Positions 1 through 14,647 of a stretch of 64,000 bases of DNA are shown here, piece after piece. The stretch's first letter is position 1. Each line of letters opens with the position of its first letter. A model generated the notes under the pieces. That model ran no database searches, was not told the DNA's origin, and worked only from the letters and a program-made list of their open reading frames with translations. Location of the stretch: contig NIVC01001427.1 of NCBI GenBank assembly GCA_002269645.1, positions 160,761 to 224,760 on the forward strand. The letters are read 5' to 3'. The stretch comes from Macrostomum lignano. Its lineage: Eukaryota. Position numbers and translations under genes: made by a program.

Positions 1-2064
<2,064 letters not shown>

Positions 2065-2817
2065 GATCTGTGCGTCTCCTGGACTGAGAAACTTGCAGTA
2101 AGCGAGCGCTGCACTCCGTTTGAGCAAGCTCTTGAAAACTCGTGATTTAAATTCGAATGGGTCAACTAGATACGGCCAAACTGCATGAGTTCAGAAGGGT
2201 GCGCTAGGGGCTGAGGGCCAAGGGCCAAAGGTCCAAATTTTGCTGGGCTAGGAGGGGTGGAGCTATACTTGCATTCTTCTGAGGGGTTGGCGGGGCCAGT
2301 GCACGGCAGTGGGTGTAACAATGAGTTGGTTTGCCCAGGTATAAACGCAGTCCCTATACGTTCGGGCTAGATTTTGCGGAAAGGAAAGAGAGTGCCAACC
2401 AACCAATCTTCCACACTATCAATGGAATAGAAACATGCCCCTGCCATAAGTGTACACTAATATGCCAGGGGTGTTGCTGGCTTCAATTAGGGCAGTGGAG
2501 CCTAATAGGCTTGTGCGACATCACGTGGCACATTTATAATCACCGGCCTGCACTCTTATTAGCCTGCCCTGCAGGCAGGTGTACTTTAAATTTCTTAGGC
2601 AGGAGAAATATGCACTTGTGGAAGCTGAGAGGCTGAATGAAATTTTGCTCAACGCAATTAATCGAAAAATGTAGTTCCCATAAGCTGGAATTGATACAGT
2701 ATAACACTTAACTCGAGCAGATTCCAAGATTCAAAATTTCTCTGGATCTTGTGAATAAATTACTATAAAGTACCTTACATTAATACGACGCACTTAGCAG
2801 CTAATGATCAGCGGGTT

Positions 2818-3460
2818 TGTCTATGGCCCGCAAGCCGAGTTTAGAATGTCTATGGCCTGACGGCCAGTACAGTCAGTCGTAGGAGGGTCAGCTTAAAACA
2901 GATCTTAACAAGTGCGACAGATACCAGCTGCCTCAAATCCCAAAGTGTCTCTGAATTGAAACTGATTTTTCCGAGTCTTACTTGAACAAGCAAAACTATG
3001 GTTCAGCTTCAGCTCCTTATGCTGCTCATTGCCATCATCGCGTTGCTAAGTGAGTAATCCTTTCTTTGAATTTCATAATTTCTCATTCAATCATCAACCT
3101 CATTGTCTAACGCGCGATTTGTCCGTCTGCAGTTCCAGGTCTCGCCGAAGGCTGCTTTGAGCGCAGCATCAACAGACTGGATCAGGACGAGGATTTCAGA
3201 AAGAAGCGATCAGTATGAGCGAGCCGTGTCTGCGGTCCATTGACTATTAAGACGATTGATGAATTTCAATTGTTTTTTCGAGTTCTTTTTTTGTTCCTTC
3301 AAGCTTCCTGTTTAGCCAGTCTATTATTCATCCAAATAAAATACTTAACCTGGTTAAATATTTCTTAAAACCGTTTAAGCTAAAAGTGTTGTAAATGGTT
3401 TGTTTTCTATTTATTTCGCTGTTGAGACGCATGAACCAATTCATTATATTCCTTCATCCA
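2818..3460 (+). repeat. Local duplication, copy 1 (copy 2 at about 9878-10555), containing the micro-peptide gene
   Basis: Near-identical from TTGTCTATGGCCCGCAAGCCGAG to about 3345/10420, with weaker similarity beyond. An isolated piece of the gene's intron recurs at about 3890-3932. Confidence 0.9.
2998..3218 (+). CDS. Small secreted peptide precursor, 45 aa, copy 1
   Basis: Exons 2998-3049 and 3133-3218 (A|GTGAGT ... TCTGCAG|TT). Protein MVQLQLLMLLIAIIALLIPGLAEG-CFERSINRLDQDEDF-RKKR-SV*. Hydrophobic signal peptide, RKKR site, AATAAA about 115 nt downstream. Confidence 0.7.
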
Positions 3461-4650
3461 TTATAGATTATGTGTGACGTAAGATTATTTTGATTTTAAT
3501 ATCCATGTGGCGCTGGTACTATCGGCATTCCTGGATTCAATCCTGAAACATCAAAATTCTCTATTTTCAAGAAAGTTGTTTGGGGGAGCCAGATCAAAAC
3601 TGCTGCAAAGTTGAGAATACTTAAGACTTAGCTCGTACTTTTACGACTGATCAACCCAATCGAAAAAATGTAATCCTGAGAAGCTGGAATGATCCTATTT
3701 GTTAAGATATTTGTAGACAACATCAGAAAAAGCTCAGAACAAGAGCAACGAATCTCATCGATATTTTATCAATCAACCAAACACTCAAGCCGCCCTCACT
3801 GCTTAAACTAGTCAACACTCACTGGAAGGTCAACCAAAAGCTCTTTCTTTGAACTCCAAAGAACTATATACAGTGTTCCTTGCTCCATAGCTTCTCATTC
3901 AATCATCAACCTCATTGTCTGATGCGCGATTTCTTGATGGACTCAAGGACAACTTAAGTAGAAGGACGCAACACTCGAAATCTATCGTAAAAGTTTTGAA
4001 GGCCGATTATTTCGCCTAAAAATACACTACAGAGATAGGAGGTTTTAATTTTTTCAGCACAAAAATTGTTATTGCTTTTGATAGGAGGCAGATCCAGTGT
4101 TCATCTTTTGATTTGTTGTGCCCTTCTTATTGCTCTATCGATGTTCATAAAGCTTTTCGTTCAGAAACAGTTTTAAAGGCAGGTTTCACCGGAAAAATAC
4201 ACTACCGAGATAGGAAATTTCACGATTTTCAACACTAAAACAGTGATTGGGTCTCTTAACAGTGTCAGAGAAAGTCCTAATCACACTATTTTGTGCCTCA
4301 CATGCTGCTCTAACGACGCATTAATCGATTTTTCTTTTTAAATTGGTCTCTCATTATTTTAAACGCTTTTTCTTGATTTCTTTTTCTTTTCTTGATTTAG
4401 TCAAAAGAAAGCAACACTTAATTAAAGAATTGAAAACTCATTCAGAAAAGCGTCTATCACATTTGTGTCGAGCACTAAGATTGTATAGTAGTGCTCAGAT
4501 TGCCACAAAATTATGCTCATCAGTCGACAGACCCCTAATACCCGGCTCAATGATGCTTTTGTAATTCGGCATGGTTGGTTCATTTGTTAGCTTTGTAACG
4601 ATGTTAATATTTAGTTATTCGTAAATAATATGGTATATTTAATGTCTTCT

Positions 4651-7600
4651 GGCACAGCGACCTGAGCCAGCTGACCTTCGCCCTGGAGGGAGAGCGGCCG
4701 AAGACCATCCGCCATCGGATTTGGGTCCCGGCCGACAGTGCAATCAAGTCCGGGGAGCAGCTGCGGCAGCTCCTGCTCAAGCGGCACCCGGATCTCGACG
4801 CCAGTGGTCTTGTGTACCACAACACGGTCCGCAAGGGCACGACCGGGGCCACCGTCATCCTCGGCCTGACGGAGGGATGGGCCAAGCGGCTACCGCATGG
4901 CTCAAACCTCCACCTTGGTCTCCATCAACTGACCAACCTCCGCTGCGAGGAGGGCAAGGTGGAGACCAAGAACGATGGGCCGCACCCGGAGCTGGGGCCC
5001 AGGCTTCGCCGGCCAAGCGGCAGCAGCAACCCGATCCCGAGCCTAACAAGGCCATTCGCACTGCTGAGTCCGCCTCGCGCGGACGTAGACCCGCCCGCAG
5101 TAACCGGCGGTCCGGGCTAATCCAGCGCGCACTTGACGAAGCTCAGTCTCTGAGACTTCACCTCGAGCAGACTCGTGCTGCTCGCAAAAACACTGAAAGC
5201 CAGCCGAGGGAACTGGACGACGGCATGGCTCAGCCTTCCAACTGGTGGGATTACCACCAGGAGGACCTGCCGGCCGAGCTCAGACTCCCGACGGCGGGGC
5301 GCAAGGCGAAGGCAGCAGCCGTACCCCAGTCGCTGGGAGGAGGGCGGTGTAGCGAGGCTAGGTGACTCACCTGCCGTGGGCGCCGTGTCCGCCTCCGCGG
5401 CGGCTGGGGAGGCGGCTGAGCCTGAGCCAATGGAAATTGGCGACTCAACTCTCACCGATGAGGTTAAGAATGAGTTGCTTTTCTCCTCCCCTGGACAGTA
5501 GACATGACCGTCTCCCAGGGCATCCACTGCTTGCAGGTCAACCTGCAGCACAGCACTGCTGCTTCAGTCAACCTATTGAAGCAAACTGACCAATACGCAC
5601 CAGGGATTATCCTTATCCAGGAACCTTGGACGCTAAGGGGCAGCCCCCAGCATGTCCCCACCGGCTTCCAGTGTTTAACCGCTGGCACCCGGGAGGGAAA
5701 CCTGGCACCAAGATCTTGCATAATGGTGTCTAGCTCCATTAACGCATGGCTCAGATCGGACCTGTCTACCAGGGACATCTGTGTCATCCAGTCTGAAGAC
5801 ATACTCCCTGGGAGGACTAGCCTCATCGCCTCGGTCTACCTACCAGGCGACGGCGAGATGATCCCAGGAGAGCTTCAAGGCACCTTGCTTTGCTCCACCA
5901 GGAATTATGAGCTGCTTGTGGCAGGCGGCATCAACGCCCACCACACCCACTGGGGCAGTTCTGATATTAACCAGAGAGGTGAAGACTTCCTGGCTTATAT
6001 TGCTACTACAACCCTTGAGTTCTGTAACTCGGGTAGTACCCCTACCTTCAATAACGGACGCCGATCGGAGGTGCTGGATGCCACCCTCGCCACGCCCAGG
6101 CTCTTCCAGAGCACTAGGGAGTGGCGGGTGCTCTCTGAGGCGTCCCACTCCGATCACAAGCTCATCTCCTTCACGCTGGCCAGCGCCCGAAACGCAGGCC
6201 AGGATTACTGGAAACGAAATGCTAGGAATACCGATTGGACTGCCTTCAGGCTTGCCTTGGAGGAGACCTATCGATGCACTAGCTCTCCAGTCTCCATCAA
6301 CACCTGCGAGGAAGCAGATGAATTTGCGGCCGTACTTACGGACTCGCTTACTGCTGCCTTAGAAGCCTCATGCCCACTAAAGGCATATAAAGGCAAACAG
6401 TCGGCCCCATGGTGGAACCCGCAGCTTGGCGACCTCCGCCGCAGAGCCAAAAGGCTTCACCGTACGGCCCAAAAAACTAAAAATCCGGCCGACCAAACCG
6501 CCTACCTGAACTCAATCCACGAGTTCAAGAGGCAGGTTAGGAACGCCAAAACCAATAAGTGGCGCGAATACTGTGAGGAACTTGAGGGCTCCCGCCCCAC
6601 CTCCAGAATCGTTAATGTCCAAATGTCCAAAATGTCCAAACTCTCCTCAGTCAAGAGAGCCGACGGCTCGCTCACTGAGAACCCAGGAGAAACACTGGAA
6701 GCGATGCTAACAGCGTTTTTCCCGTGCGAGCCAGCCAGGCCCGACCCCCCTGATCACTCAGTGGGCGGTCACGTACTGGCTGACTTAATCATCACGGAGG
6801 ACCGCGTTGCTAAAGCTGTCTCCTTCTTCAAACCCTTCAAATCCCCAGGACCGGACGGCATTGTGCCAGCTTTCCTCCGAGAGGCGGTGAAATGCACCGG
6901 TTTTCTGCGGAACCTTTGCCAGCTCTTGAAAGCTTGCATTGTACTCGGCTTTGTTCCGAAACCCTGGACCGAGGCCAAGGTGGTTTTTATCGCCAAGCCG
7001 GGCCGACCGGACTACCGGTCCATTAAATCCTTCAGACCAATTAGCCTCACCTCACTGGTGAAGCTGTTAGAGAGACTGGTGCTCTGGCGCCTCCTCTCTG
7101 TGGAACTGAAGAACAAGCCGCTCAGTGGGAACCAGCACGCCTTTCGGGCAGGCCGGTCCACGGAGAGCGCGCTTCACGTTTTGGTTGACATGCTGGAGAA
7201 AGCCGTTCTTGGTAATGGCTACGCTCTCGCTGTCTTCCTCGACATTGTTGGAGCCTTCGATAATGTCCTCTTCGAGGCCTTTGACAGAGCTCTACGTGCT
7301 AGAGGAACCCACTCGCACCTCACCCGGTGGATCATGTATATGATCAGCCACCGCACTGCCACCGCACACCTGCTGGGCCACCAACGGACGGTAACCGTCT
7401 GCAAAGGCAGCCCCCAGGGCGGTGTCCTTTCTCCAGTTCTCTGGAACATGGTCATCGATGAGCTCCTTCAGGACAGCCATCTGGACCCCATCCTTAAGGT
7501 CGGTTACGCCGATGATGTCACAGCCGTAGCATCCGGTCCGTCACCCGAAACCCTCAGGGATCTTCTGCAAAACTTTATTCGCTCTGCTGAACAATGGGCG

Positions 7601-9301
7601 GACAGGTGCGGCCTCAGACTCTTCGAGACCAAAACTGTCGCGATCATGTTCACCAGCAGGGTCAACTGGCGTATTCGCCCACTAAAGCTTTACGGGGTGG
7701 AAATCCCATCCTGCAAGCAAACCAAGTGTCTCGGCGTTACGCTGGACCACCGGCTGAGCTGGTCCACCCACGTTCAGGCCAAAACCAAAAAAGCCCTCGC
7801 GATTCTTGTGCAGCTGCGCAGAGCCGTCGGCACCACCTCGGGCCTCACCCCGAAACGGCTCTGGTGGATCTACACCGCAATGGTCCGGCCGGCCGTCACT
7901 TACGCCGGCCTGGTCTGCACCAGCGCCTTGCAGATTAAAACCTGCCACGAAGCCCTCAAAAAGGTGCAGGGACTTGCGTGCCGCATGATCCTGAATGCCC
8001 CGCTCTCTGCTCCCTTTGACGGCCTCAACGCCTTTCTCTGCCTCCCGCCCCTGGACATCTTTGTCCGTCGCGAGGCTGCTAAAACCACCCGCCGGCTCAT
8101 CGAGGCTGGTGTTAACTTCAAGCCACAAAGAGCGATGGCGAAGCGCAAGCTATTGCCGCACTCTGACCTGTGCCTTAAAGTTCTGGAGGAGAGTGGGAGT
8201 GCGGCTGTCCTTTCGGACGCTAAGCCGCGCTCCCTCAATCTCTACCAACGCTTCAAGGTTACTATCCCCTCCAGGGAGAACGCCAACGACAGCTGGGCCC
8301 CTCAGGAGGTTCACTGCTTCACTGACGGATCCTCCAAAGACAGTTTATCCGGCTTTGGAGTCTGCATCCTTACCAACGGCCGCGTGATCGCCACTCACGC
8401 CCAACACACTGGCAGACTCTCCAGCGTCTTCCAGAACGAAGTCCTTGCCATCAGCTCCTGTGCAGCTGAGCTTCAAGGACTTCAAGGACAGAAGAATTCT
8501 ATTCCACTCTGACAGTCAGGCCGCTTTGCAGGCCCTGTGTCACACCACTACGAATTCTCGAACAGTCCACGACTGTATCGGGCAGCTCAACAAGCTGGCT
8601 CGGAGGAAAACCGTCCGGCTCACGTGTATCCCAGGACACGCTGGGTTCAAAGGTAACGAGCTCGCCGACTCCCTCGCCAAGGCGGGTAGTTCTGGCTCGC
8701 TCCTTGGCCCCGTGCCCCTGGCCCCCATCCCTGCCACGGTCATTAATCGTGAGATTAATGCTGGGCGGACATCCTGCACTTAAGCAGATGGGTTGGCATT
8801 TCCAACTGCCGCCAGTCCCGTGCTGCAGTGCCCAATCCGTCCCTCAAGCTGCGGAAAATTCTTTTGAATCAAATTCGAAAAGATATCCGCGCTCTCACTA
8901 TGACCTTCACAGGTCACGGTTGCTTTGCCAGGCACTGCTTCCTCCGAAGTATTCGCCGGAGCGAACTCTGCCCCTTCTGCAGCCTTGAGAACGAAGATGC
9001 CATGCACTTCATCTGCTACTGCCCGGCCTTCAACCGAGACCGGCTCAATCACCTCGGGCCCAACCCGTCCCTGGACGACGTTTGCCGGCCCGAGAACATC
9101 CCACGGCTCATCCGGTTCCTCCGGGCTACCAAACGAGCCTCCGTCTTCCCCACCGAAGACAACGCTGCAGACAGAACCGGCAGACCTCCCTGACCGGCCC
9201 CGCGCCCTAGCCTTTGCAGGTCTTTCAGGGATTAGCGGAATGGGCGACGCTCGCCTCCTCGCTGCGTCTTCGGACCGCCCTGCAGCTAAGTCAAGTAAGT
9301 C
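4651..9301 (+). mobile_element. 5'-truncated non-LTR retrotransposon (LOA/R1-type LINE with RNase H)
   Basis: Frameshifted ORF1 remnant from 4651 (RIWVP...LLLKRHPDL...VILGL, DUF4780-like by my reading), ORF2 from 5504, 3' tail GCTAAGTCAAGTAAGTC. Flanked by AATGTCTTCT (4641-4650) and AATCTCTTCT (9302-9311), a 10-bp TSD with one mismatch. Confidence 0.92.
5504..9193 (+). pseudogene. LINE ORF2: APE endonuclease - reverse transcriptase - RNase H - C-terminal Cys/His finger, frameshifted
   Basis: QVNLQH, LIQEPW and SDH (APE); PQGGVLSP and YADD (RT); FTDGS, QNEVLAI, HSDSQAAL, IPGHAGFKGNELAD (RNase H); CPFCSLENEDAMHFICYCP. Frameshifts near 8480 and 8765. Confidence 0.9.
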
Positions 9302-9592
9302 AATCTCTTCTTAGTATTGTATTAATTTATCTACTACTATTCATTAGCGAATTTTAAAGTTATTCAATATGTACGCTTAAAATTTGTTTTACAGTATCTT
9401 TCATAGAAGTATTGTATATTATTTAAAGACTGTTCAATCGCGATTTTGCGCTCATCGTCTCTTGTGTTTTTCGGGTGGTCCGCTGCTTTGTGCCCGTCTG
9501 CAGTAGTTTACCATCAACAATTTAACGGCGATAAAACTAAAAGTGTATCCTATCTGTTCAAATATATAGAATAAGACAAGTCAACTCGATTC

Positions 9593-9642
9593 GCCGTAAG
9601 ACTGTCTCTTACTACGAAGACTCAATTTATTATTGTGCATAG
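9593..9642 (+). other. Spliced-leader-like sequence (degenerate SL exon copy)
   Basis: GCCGTAAGACTGTCTCTTACTACGAAGACTCAATTTATT closely matches the Macrostomum lignano SL as I remember it (CCGTAAAGACGGTCTCTTACTGCGAAGACTCAATTTATTGCATG). The 3' end diverges and lacks the ATG|GT junction. The reference is recalled, not looked up. Confidence 0.6.
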
Positions 9643-9877
9643 CCGTCAGTCTCGAACTCAGAAGGGTCTCGTCACAGCTAGATTTAAAGTTGCTTATAAC
9701 CTCTAGCTAAGTTTTGTCTGTAAGTCAAATAAGTTTGAAACTCTGAGCCCCGATTATTTACGATGCACTTTACTGCATACTGAATTTCACTACTAACTAT
9801 ACTGTATCGACGGTTAAGGCAGGCTGCATTTTTAGCTTGGCTGAAGCGGCTCATGCACCGATAAACTGTGAAACACT

Positions 9878-10555
9878 TGTCTATGGCCCGCAAGCCGAGT
9901 TTAGAATGTCTATGGCCTGACGACCAGTACAGTCAGTCGTAGGAGGGTCAGCTTAAAACAGATCTTAACAAGTGCGACAGAAGCCAGCTGCTCAAATCCC
10001 AAAGTGTCTCTGAATTGAAACTGATTTTTCCGAGTCTTACTTGAACAAACAAAACAATGGCTCAGCTCCAGCTCCTTATGCTGCTCATTGCCATCATCGC
10101 GTTGCTAAGTGAGTAATCATTTCTTTGAATTTCATAACTTCTCATTCAATCATCAGCCTCATTGTCTAACGCGCGATTTGTCCGTCTGCAGTTCCAGGTC
10201 TCGCCGAAGGCTGCTTTGAGCGCAGCATCAACAGACTGGATCAGGACGAGGATTTCAGAAAGAAGCGATCAGTATGAGCGAGCCGTGTCTGCGGTCCATT
10301 GACTATGAAGACGATTGGTGAATTTCAATTGTTTTTTCGAGTTCTTTTTTTGTTCCTTTAAGCTTCCTGTTTAGCCAGTCTATTATTCTTTCAAATAAAA
10401 TATTGAATATTAGAAAGTTGAGTCAAAAATGGTTGGCCATAAGCGCATATGTTTCTTTGACGCGTTTGAGCTACAAGTGTGGTAAATGTGTGTTTTCAAT
10501 TTATTGGCTGTCAAGACGGATGAACTAATCCATTGCATATAATATTCCTTCATCT
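9878..10555 (+). repeat. Local duplication, copy 2
   Basis: Paralogous to 2818-3460; the LINE lies between the two copies. Confidence 0.9.
10057..10277 (+). CDS. Small secreted peptide precursor, 45 aa, copy 2
   Basis: Exons 10057-10108 and 10192-10277. MAQLQLLMLLIAIIALLIPGLAEGCFERSINRLDQDEDFRKKRSV*; differs from copy 1 only at residue 2 (V/A). Confidence 0.7.
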
Positions 10556-11327
10556 AGGATGGTGGAAAATATTGCACAATTAATAATCATGTGACATAAA
10601 ATAGATCATTTTGTGTTTAGTATCTGAGGCGTTGCTATGGTTGGCATTTTTGAATTCAATCCTAAAACAGCAGCAGTCTTTATTTTCATGAAAACTGTTG
10701 ATGGGGCAGCGAGAGCTCGGCTTTGCTGGAAATTTGTTTTTGCCTGTTTTTCGTGTCCGCAAGCCCAACGAATCCTGCATCGATTTTTCATCAATCCACC
10801 CAAACACGAAGGTCGCTCTTGCTACTTAAAGTAGCAAACACTGCAAGGCCAATCGAAAAGTAAAAGAACAAATGCAGCACAAGGCAAGAGAGGCCAGTTT
10901 TCGGTCTCTGATGAACTGCAGGGATGAAAAAGAAACTTTCTGTGAAAAAGCAACAGTTACAAAAAATATCGGCATCTTAAGAGTTGCAGCAAATGAAGGC
11001 TGACTTTTTACCACTGCCAGCCCAGTCTCACCTGTACTGCTCTGATGGATCTGCTCGGATAATCAAAAATCTATTCCCGACTTCCTTTCCTGGAATCTGG
11101 GTGTCATGGATACGAATCAATAAAAAACTGTAGACAAACAACCCCTGCTCTGCTATCTAAACGGTTAGGGTTACATTAAAATTCATACTCTGCCAAAACT
11201 TTTTTCTAATAAAAAATGGATTGCATTTCATATGAAAGATTTCATCACAGGCAGTGCCCGCCACGGGAAGGCTCTCAAGTTTCCCCTGGAGCGGCAACGG
11301 GAATGAGTTTCTATTTATTTTGAGAAC

Positions 11328-12118
11328 TGCACAATATCACTAGAAATCTCTTTGAAAACTACACAATCTCACTAGAAATCTCTATGAGAACTGCACAATC
11401 TCACTAGAAATCTCTTTGAAAACTACACAGTCTCACTAGAGATCTCTATGAGAACTACACAATCTCACTAGAAATCTCTATGAGAACTGCACAATCTCAC
11501 TAGAAATCTTAATGAGAACTGCACAATCTCACTAGAAATCTCAATGAGAACTACACAATCTCACTAGAGATCTCTATGAGAACTACACAATCTCACTGGA
11601 AATCTCTATGAGAACTGCACAATCTCAGTAGAAATCTCTATGAGAGCTACACAATCTCACTAGAAATCTCTATGAGAGCTACACAATCTCACTATAAATC
11701 TCTATGAGAACTGCACAATCTCACTAGAAATCTCTATGAGAATTACACAATCTCACTAGAAATCTTTCTGAGAGCTACAAAATCTCACTAGAAATCTCTA
11801 TGAGAACTGCACAATCTCACTAGAAATCTCTATGAGAGCTACACAATCTCACTATAAATCTCTATGAGAACTGCACAATCTCACTAGAAATCTCTATGAG
11901 AATTACACAATCTCACTAGAAATCTTTCTGAGAGCTACAAAATCTCACTAGAAATCTCTATGAGAACTGCACAATCTCACTAGAAATCTCTATGAGAATT
12001 ACACAATCTCACTAGAAATCTTTTTGAGAGCTACAAAATCTCACTAGAAATCTCTATGAGAACTACACAATCTCACTAGAAATCTCTATGAGAACCACAC
12101 AATCTCACTAGAAATCTC
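11328..12118. repeat. Minisatellite, 30-bp unit (GAGAACTACACAATCTCACTAGAAATCTCTAT-type)
   Basis: Direct tandem repeats with no unique spacers. Confidence 0.95.
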
Positions 12119-12258
12119 TGGTCGCAAATCCGAGTGCGCGAGAGATTCCAGCTTACAACCCAGCGCTACGCCTGGTTGGATCTTAGGCTATTCAGCCATT
12201 TCAGCCACCCCCTCCAGCAAGTCGCAGTCAGAGTGGCCCAGAGATTTGCGTCGCTCTT

Positions 12259-12264
12259 TATAAA
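12259..12264 (+). promoter_or_regulatory. Candidate TATA box of the lectin gene
   Basis: TATAAA about 105 nt upstream of the ATG at 12366. Confidence 0.4.
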
Positions 12265-12365
12265 CACAGGAGCTTGCAAGAGGACTGTCGTGAATGCCCT
12301 GCTGGAGCCCCGTTGCAATAAGTCAGACATTTAAATTTCAACAAGTCAGATCGAGGAACTCCAGA

Positions 12366-13130
12366 ATGCTGCCGCACACCCTGCTGCTGCTGCTGCTGTG
12401 GGCGGCGCCTCCGCAGCTGCTGTCCGAGTCCTGCAGCTCCCCCAGAGCCGCCTTCCACCCAACCACTGGGCTGGACTGCGTGAGCTCCGACTTCACTCGG
12501 ACACTGTCCGGTCTGTGCTCACCGCTCGAGTGCAGCCACGCCTGCGCCAACAAGCGAAGCTGCCAGGCCTTCACGGTGAGGAGCAGCGGTGCCTGCCAGT
12601 GCAGGCTGTTCGAGTTCGACAAGTGCAGCCACCGCGTGCAGTCGGTGCCGAACTGCACCAACCAGGTGACTGTGTATGTGAGGTCTCTGCCTGGCGTGCC
12701 TCCGGGCCACCTGTGCCCGCCCGGATACCGGCATGCCAGGTACGGCACCTCCTACAAGCTGGTCACCGCGGGTGCTGCCACCTGGAGCGCTGCCAGCCAG
12801 AGCTGCAGCTCGGATCCCGGACTGTCCAAGTTCGCTGACGCAATCGACCTGGACGAAGCCGAGTACCTGCAGCTGCTGCAGCACCGAATCGCCAGCTCCA
12901 GCAGCTTCTTCATCGGCGGGCGCGCTGAGCAGCCCAGAAACAAATCGAACTGGTTCTGGACGGCCTGCCAGCTGCCCGTTGACCCGACCGTCTGGCACTC
13001 CGGGGAGCCGAATACTGACGCACCGTCTGCCTGCGCCAGCCTCTACAGCGGTTTTTCGTCCGGTGGCCAGGACGATACACACTGCGATGCGGTCCATGGA
13101 TTCGTCTGCGAGTGCCAGTCCGTGTTCTGA
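12366..13130 (+). CDS. Secreted PAN/Apple + C-type lectin domain protein, intronless, 254 aa
   Basis: Signal peptide MLPHTLLLLLLWAAPPQLLS; PAN-like CSHACANKRSCQAF...CQCRLF; CTLD WSAASQSC, FFIGG, WHSGEPN, C...DDTHC...FVCEC. Confidence 0.85.
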   Translation: MLPHTLLLLLLWAAPPQLLSESCSSPRAAFHPTTGLDCVSSDFTRTLSGLCSPLECSHACANKRSCQAFTVRSSGACQCRLFEFDKCSHRVQSVPNCTNQVTVYVRSLPGVPPGHLCPPGYRHARYGTSYKLVTAGAATWSAASQSCSSDPGLSKFADAIDLDEAEYLQLLQHRIASSSSFFIGGRAEQPRNKSNWFWTACQLPVDPTVWHSGEPNTDAPSACASLYSGFSSGGQDDTHCDAVHGFVCECQSVF

Positions 13131-14647
13131 AGTGATAGCTAATAATGTCTTGTCGTTTTGTTCTGTGCACTTGTGGTATTCTGCTGCATCGTCATTGTTA
13201 TCGTGACAGAGTTGTTATAGGATGCAGAAGATGCAATATCGTTATGTCGACTCACTTCGCTTTTGTCCTTCTACAAGCCTGTGGAGGCACAGGGTTAAGG
13301 CTGAGAATGAGAATAGCCGCTCGAATTGCATTTTTCAACGCAAAAGCTTTCAGATTTCACTGGTAGAACTGCCTGTCTCTTTACTGAATTGAGGTTCAAC
13401 TGCAGACGAATTTCTACTTCAAAGCACGCATCAGTGAGCTCGTTGCAATCAAGCTGTGTTGAAAAACCTTTGTTGCAACCAAGCTGTGTTGAGAAAACAT
13501 TGTTGCTCTGTTCAAAAACCATTGTTGCAACCAAGCCCTGTTGAGAAACCATAATAAAAGCATGAGCAGTCAGCTGTCACTGGCAAAAAAGCATGTGTTC
13601 CAGATGTTTTCATCGTTTTTCAATTTGATGAAAATAGAATTTGTGAGGCGTATGGTGAGAGTACCTCCAAAAGTAACCTGTTCGCGTGGGTCTGTAGTAC
13701 CGTCTCTGTGTAGCGGATCGAGACTCAAAAGTTAGCTAGCTGGATGTGGCATTGTCACTTCTTTGTTTTTCCATAACCCTCAAGTAATAACGTTTTATGG
13801 CGCATTGGAGAAGTTAGAAACGGATATGGTACCACTTTCGATCATGCAGGTGACTGAACATTATACTCGTCCGAGTATCAAGTTGTCTACTGTTATCGGT
13901 ACGCTCGTAGTTGAAGCGCCCTACGCTGGACATTCCTGGACTTTATCAAACAGACTTGGGTGACAAATCCGGGCAATAAAAGGATTTATGATCATACGCT
14001 CGTATAACAAATCAGTGTAGTGAAAAATTCATTGAAGACACGACTAGAAACCAAGGACCACTAGGAACTCTTCTTTCAAGTCTAGTAGTCCTTGCTAGAA
14101 ACACAGGCGCAGGTCCGGGTCCCTTCCGGAGCGTTTTTAAGCTCCATTCTAGAGCCCTAGTGAGAAACGGATCGGATGTGTCGTTGTTTCTATCTATAAA
14201 CAGTATATACATGTACAGACTGCATGTGTATTGAAATCCTATTTACTTTTTTACTCGCTTTTTGAACTTCTGAAAGGCAAATGAAGGCATGAACAGGTTG
14301 ATATGACAAAAAACAGGAATGCAACAGAATGGCTAAAAATCTGAATTCAAGTAAACTTGCCGACCAACCATCCAGTCGCAGACAAGCGTCACTACATACA
14401 TGTATGCTCTCAGAAGTATTAAAAAACGGAAATACTTCTTCCGTTTAGAAAAAAAACAAATTCAATGAAACTTCAAAGAGAGGTGTCTATATTTCGGATG
14501 CTAAAGTCCTGCAGTAAGAGCGCGGAGGTAAGTTAAAAGCAGAATACACCGTTTCTTAGTGAGGCACCACTAAGATAATCTCACTGCATCACCGTCGCAT
14601 CCATGGATTCCAGTCGTTATTTTTTTGCTTGTCTTGGCAGTCCGCTT

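Noticed and set aside
3150-3200. Natriuretic-peptide resemblance (GCFERSINRL versus GCFGRKMDRI)
   Set aside because: No second Cys to close the 17-residue ring; a short match is likely chance.
9225-9290. HDV-like ribozyme (GCGGAATGGG and GCCTCCTCGCT resemble HDV J4/2-P2 and P3-L3)
   Set aside because: The motifs are in reverse order and the P3 helix cannot form in either LINE copy; a 3' recognition structure explains them better. A cleavage assay would settle it.
11328-12118. CRISPR-like appearance of this and the other 20-42-bp arrays
   Set aside because: Units are head to tail with no unique spacers, there are no cas genes, and the context is eukaryotic.
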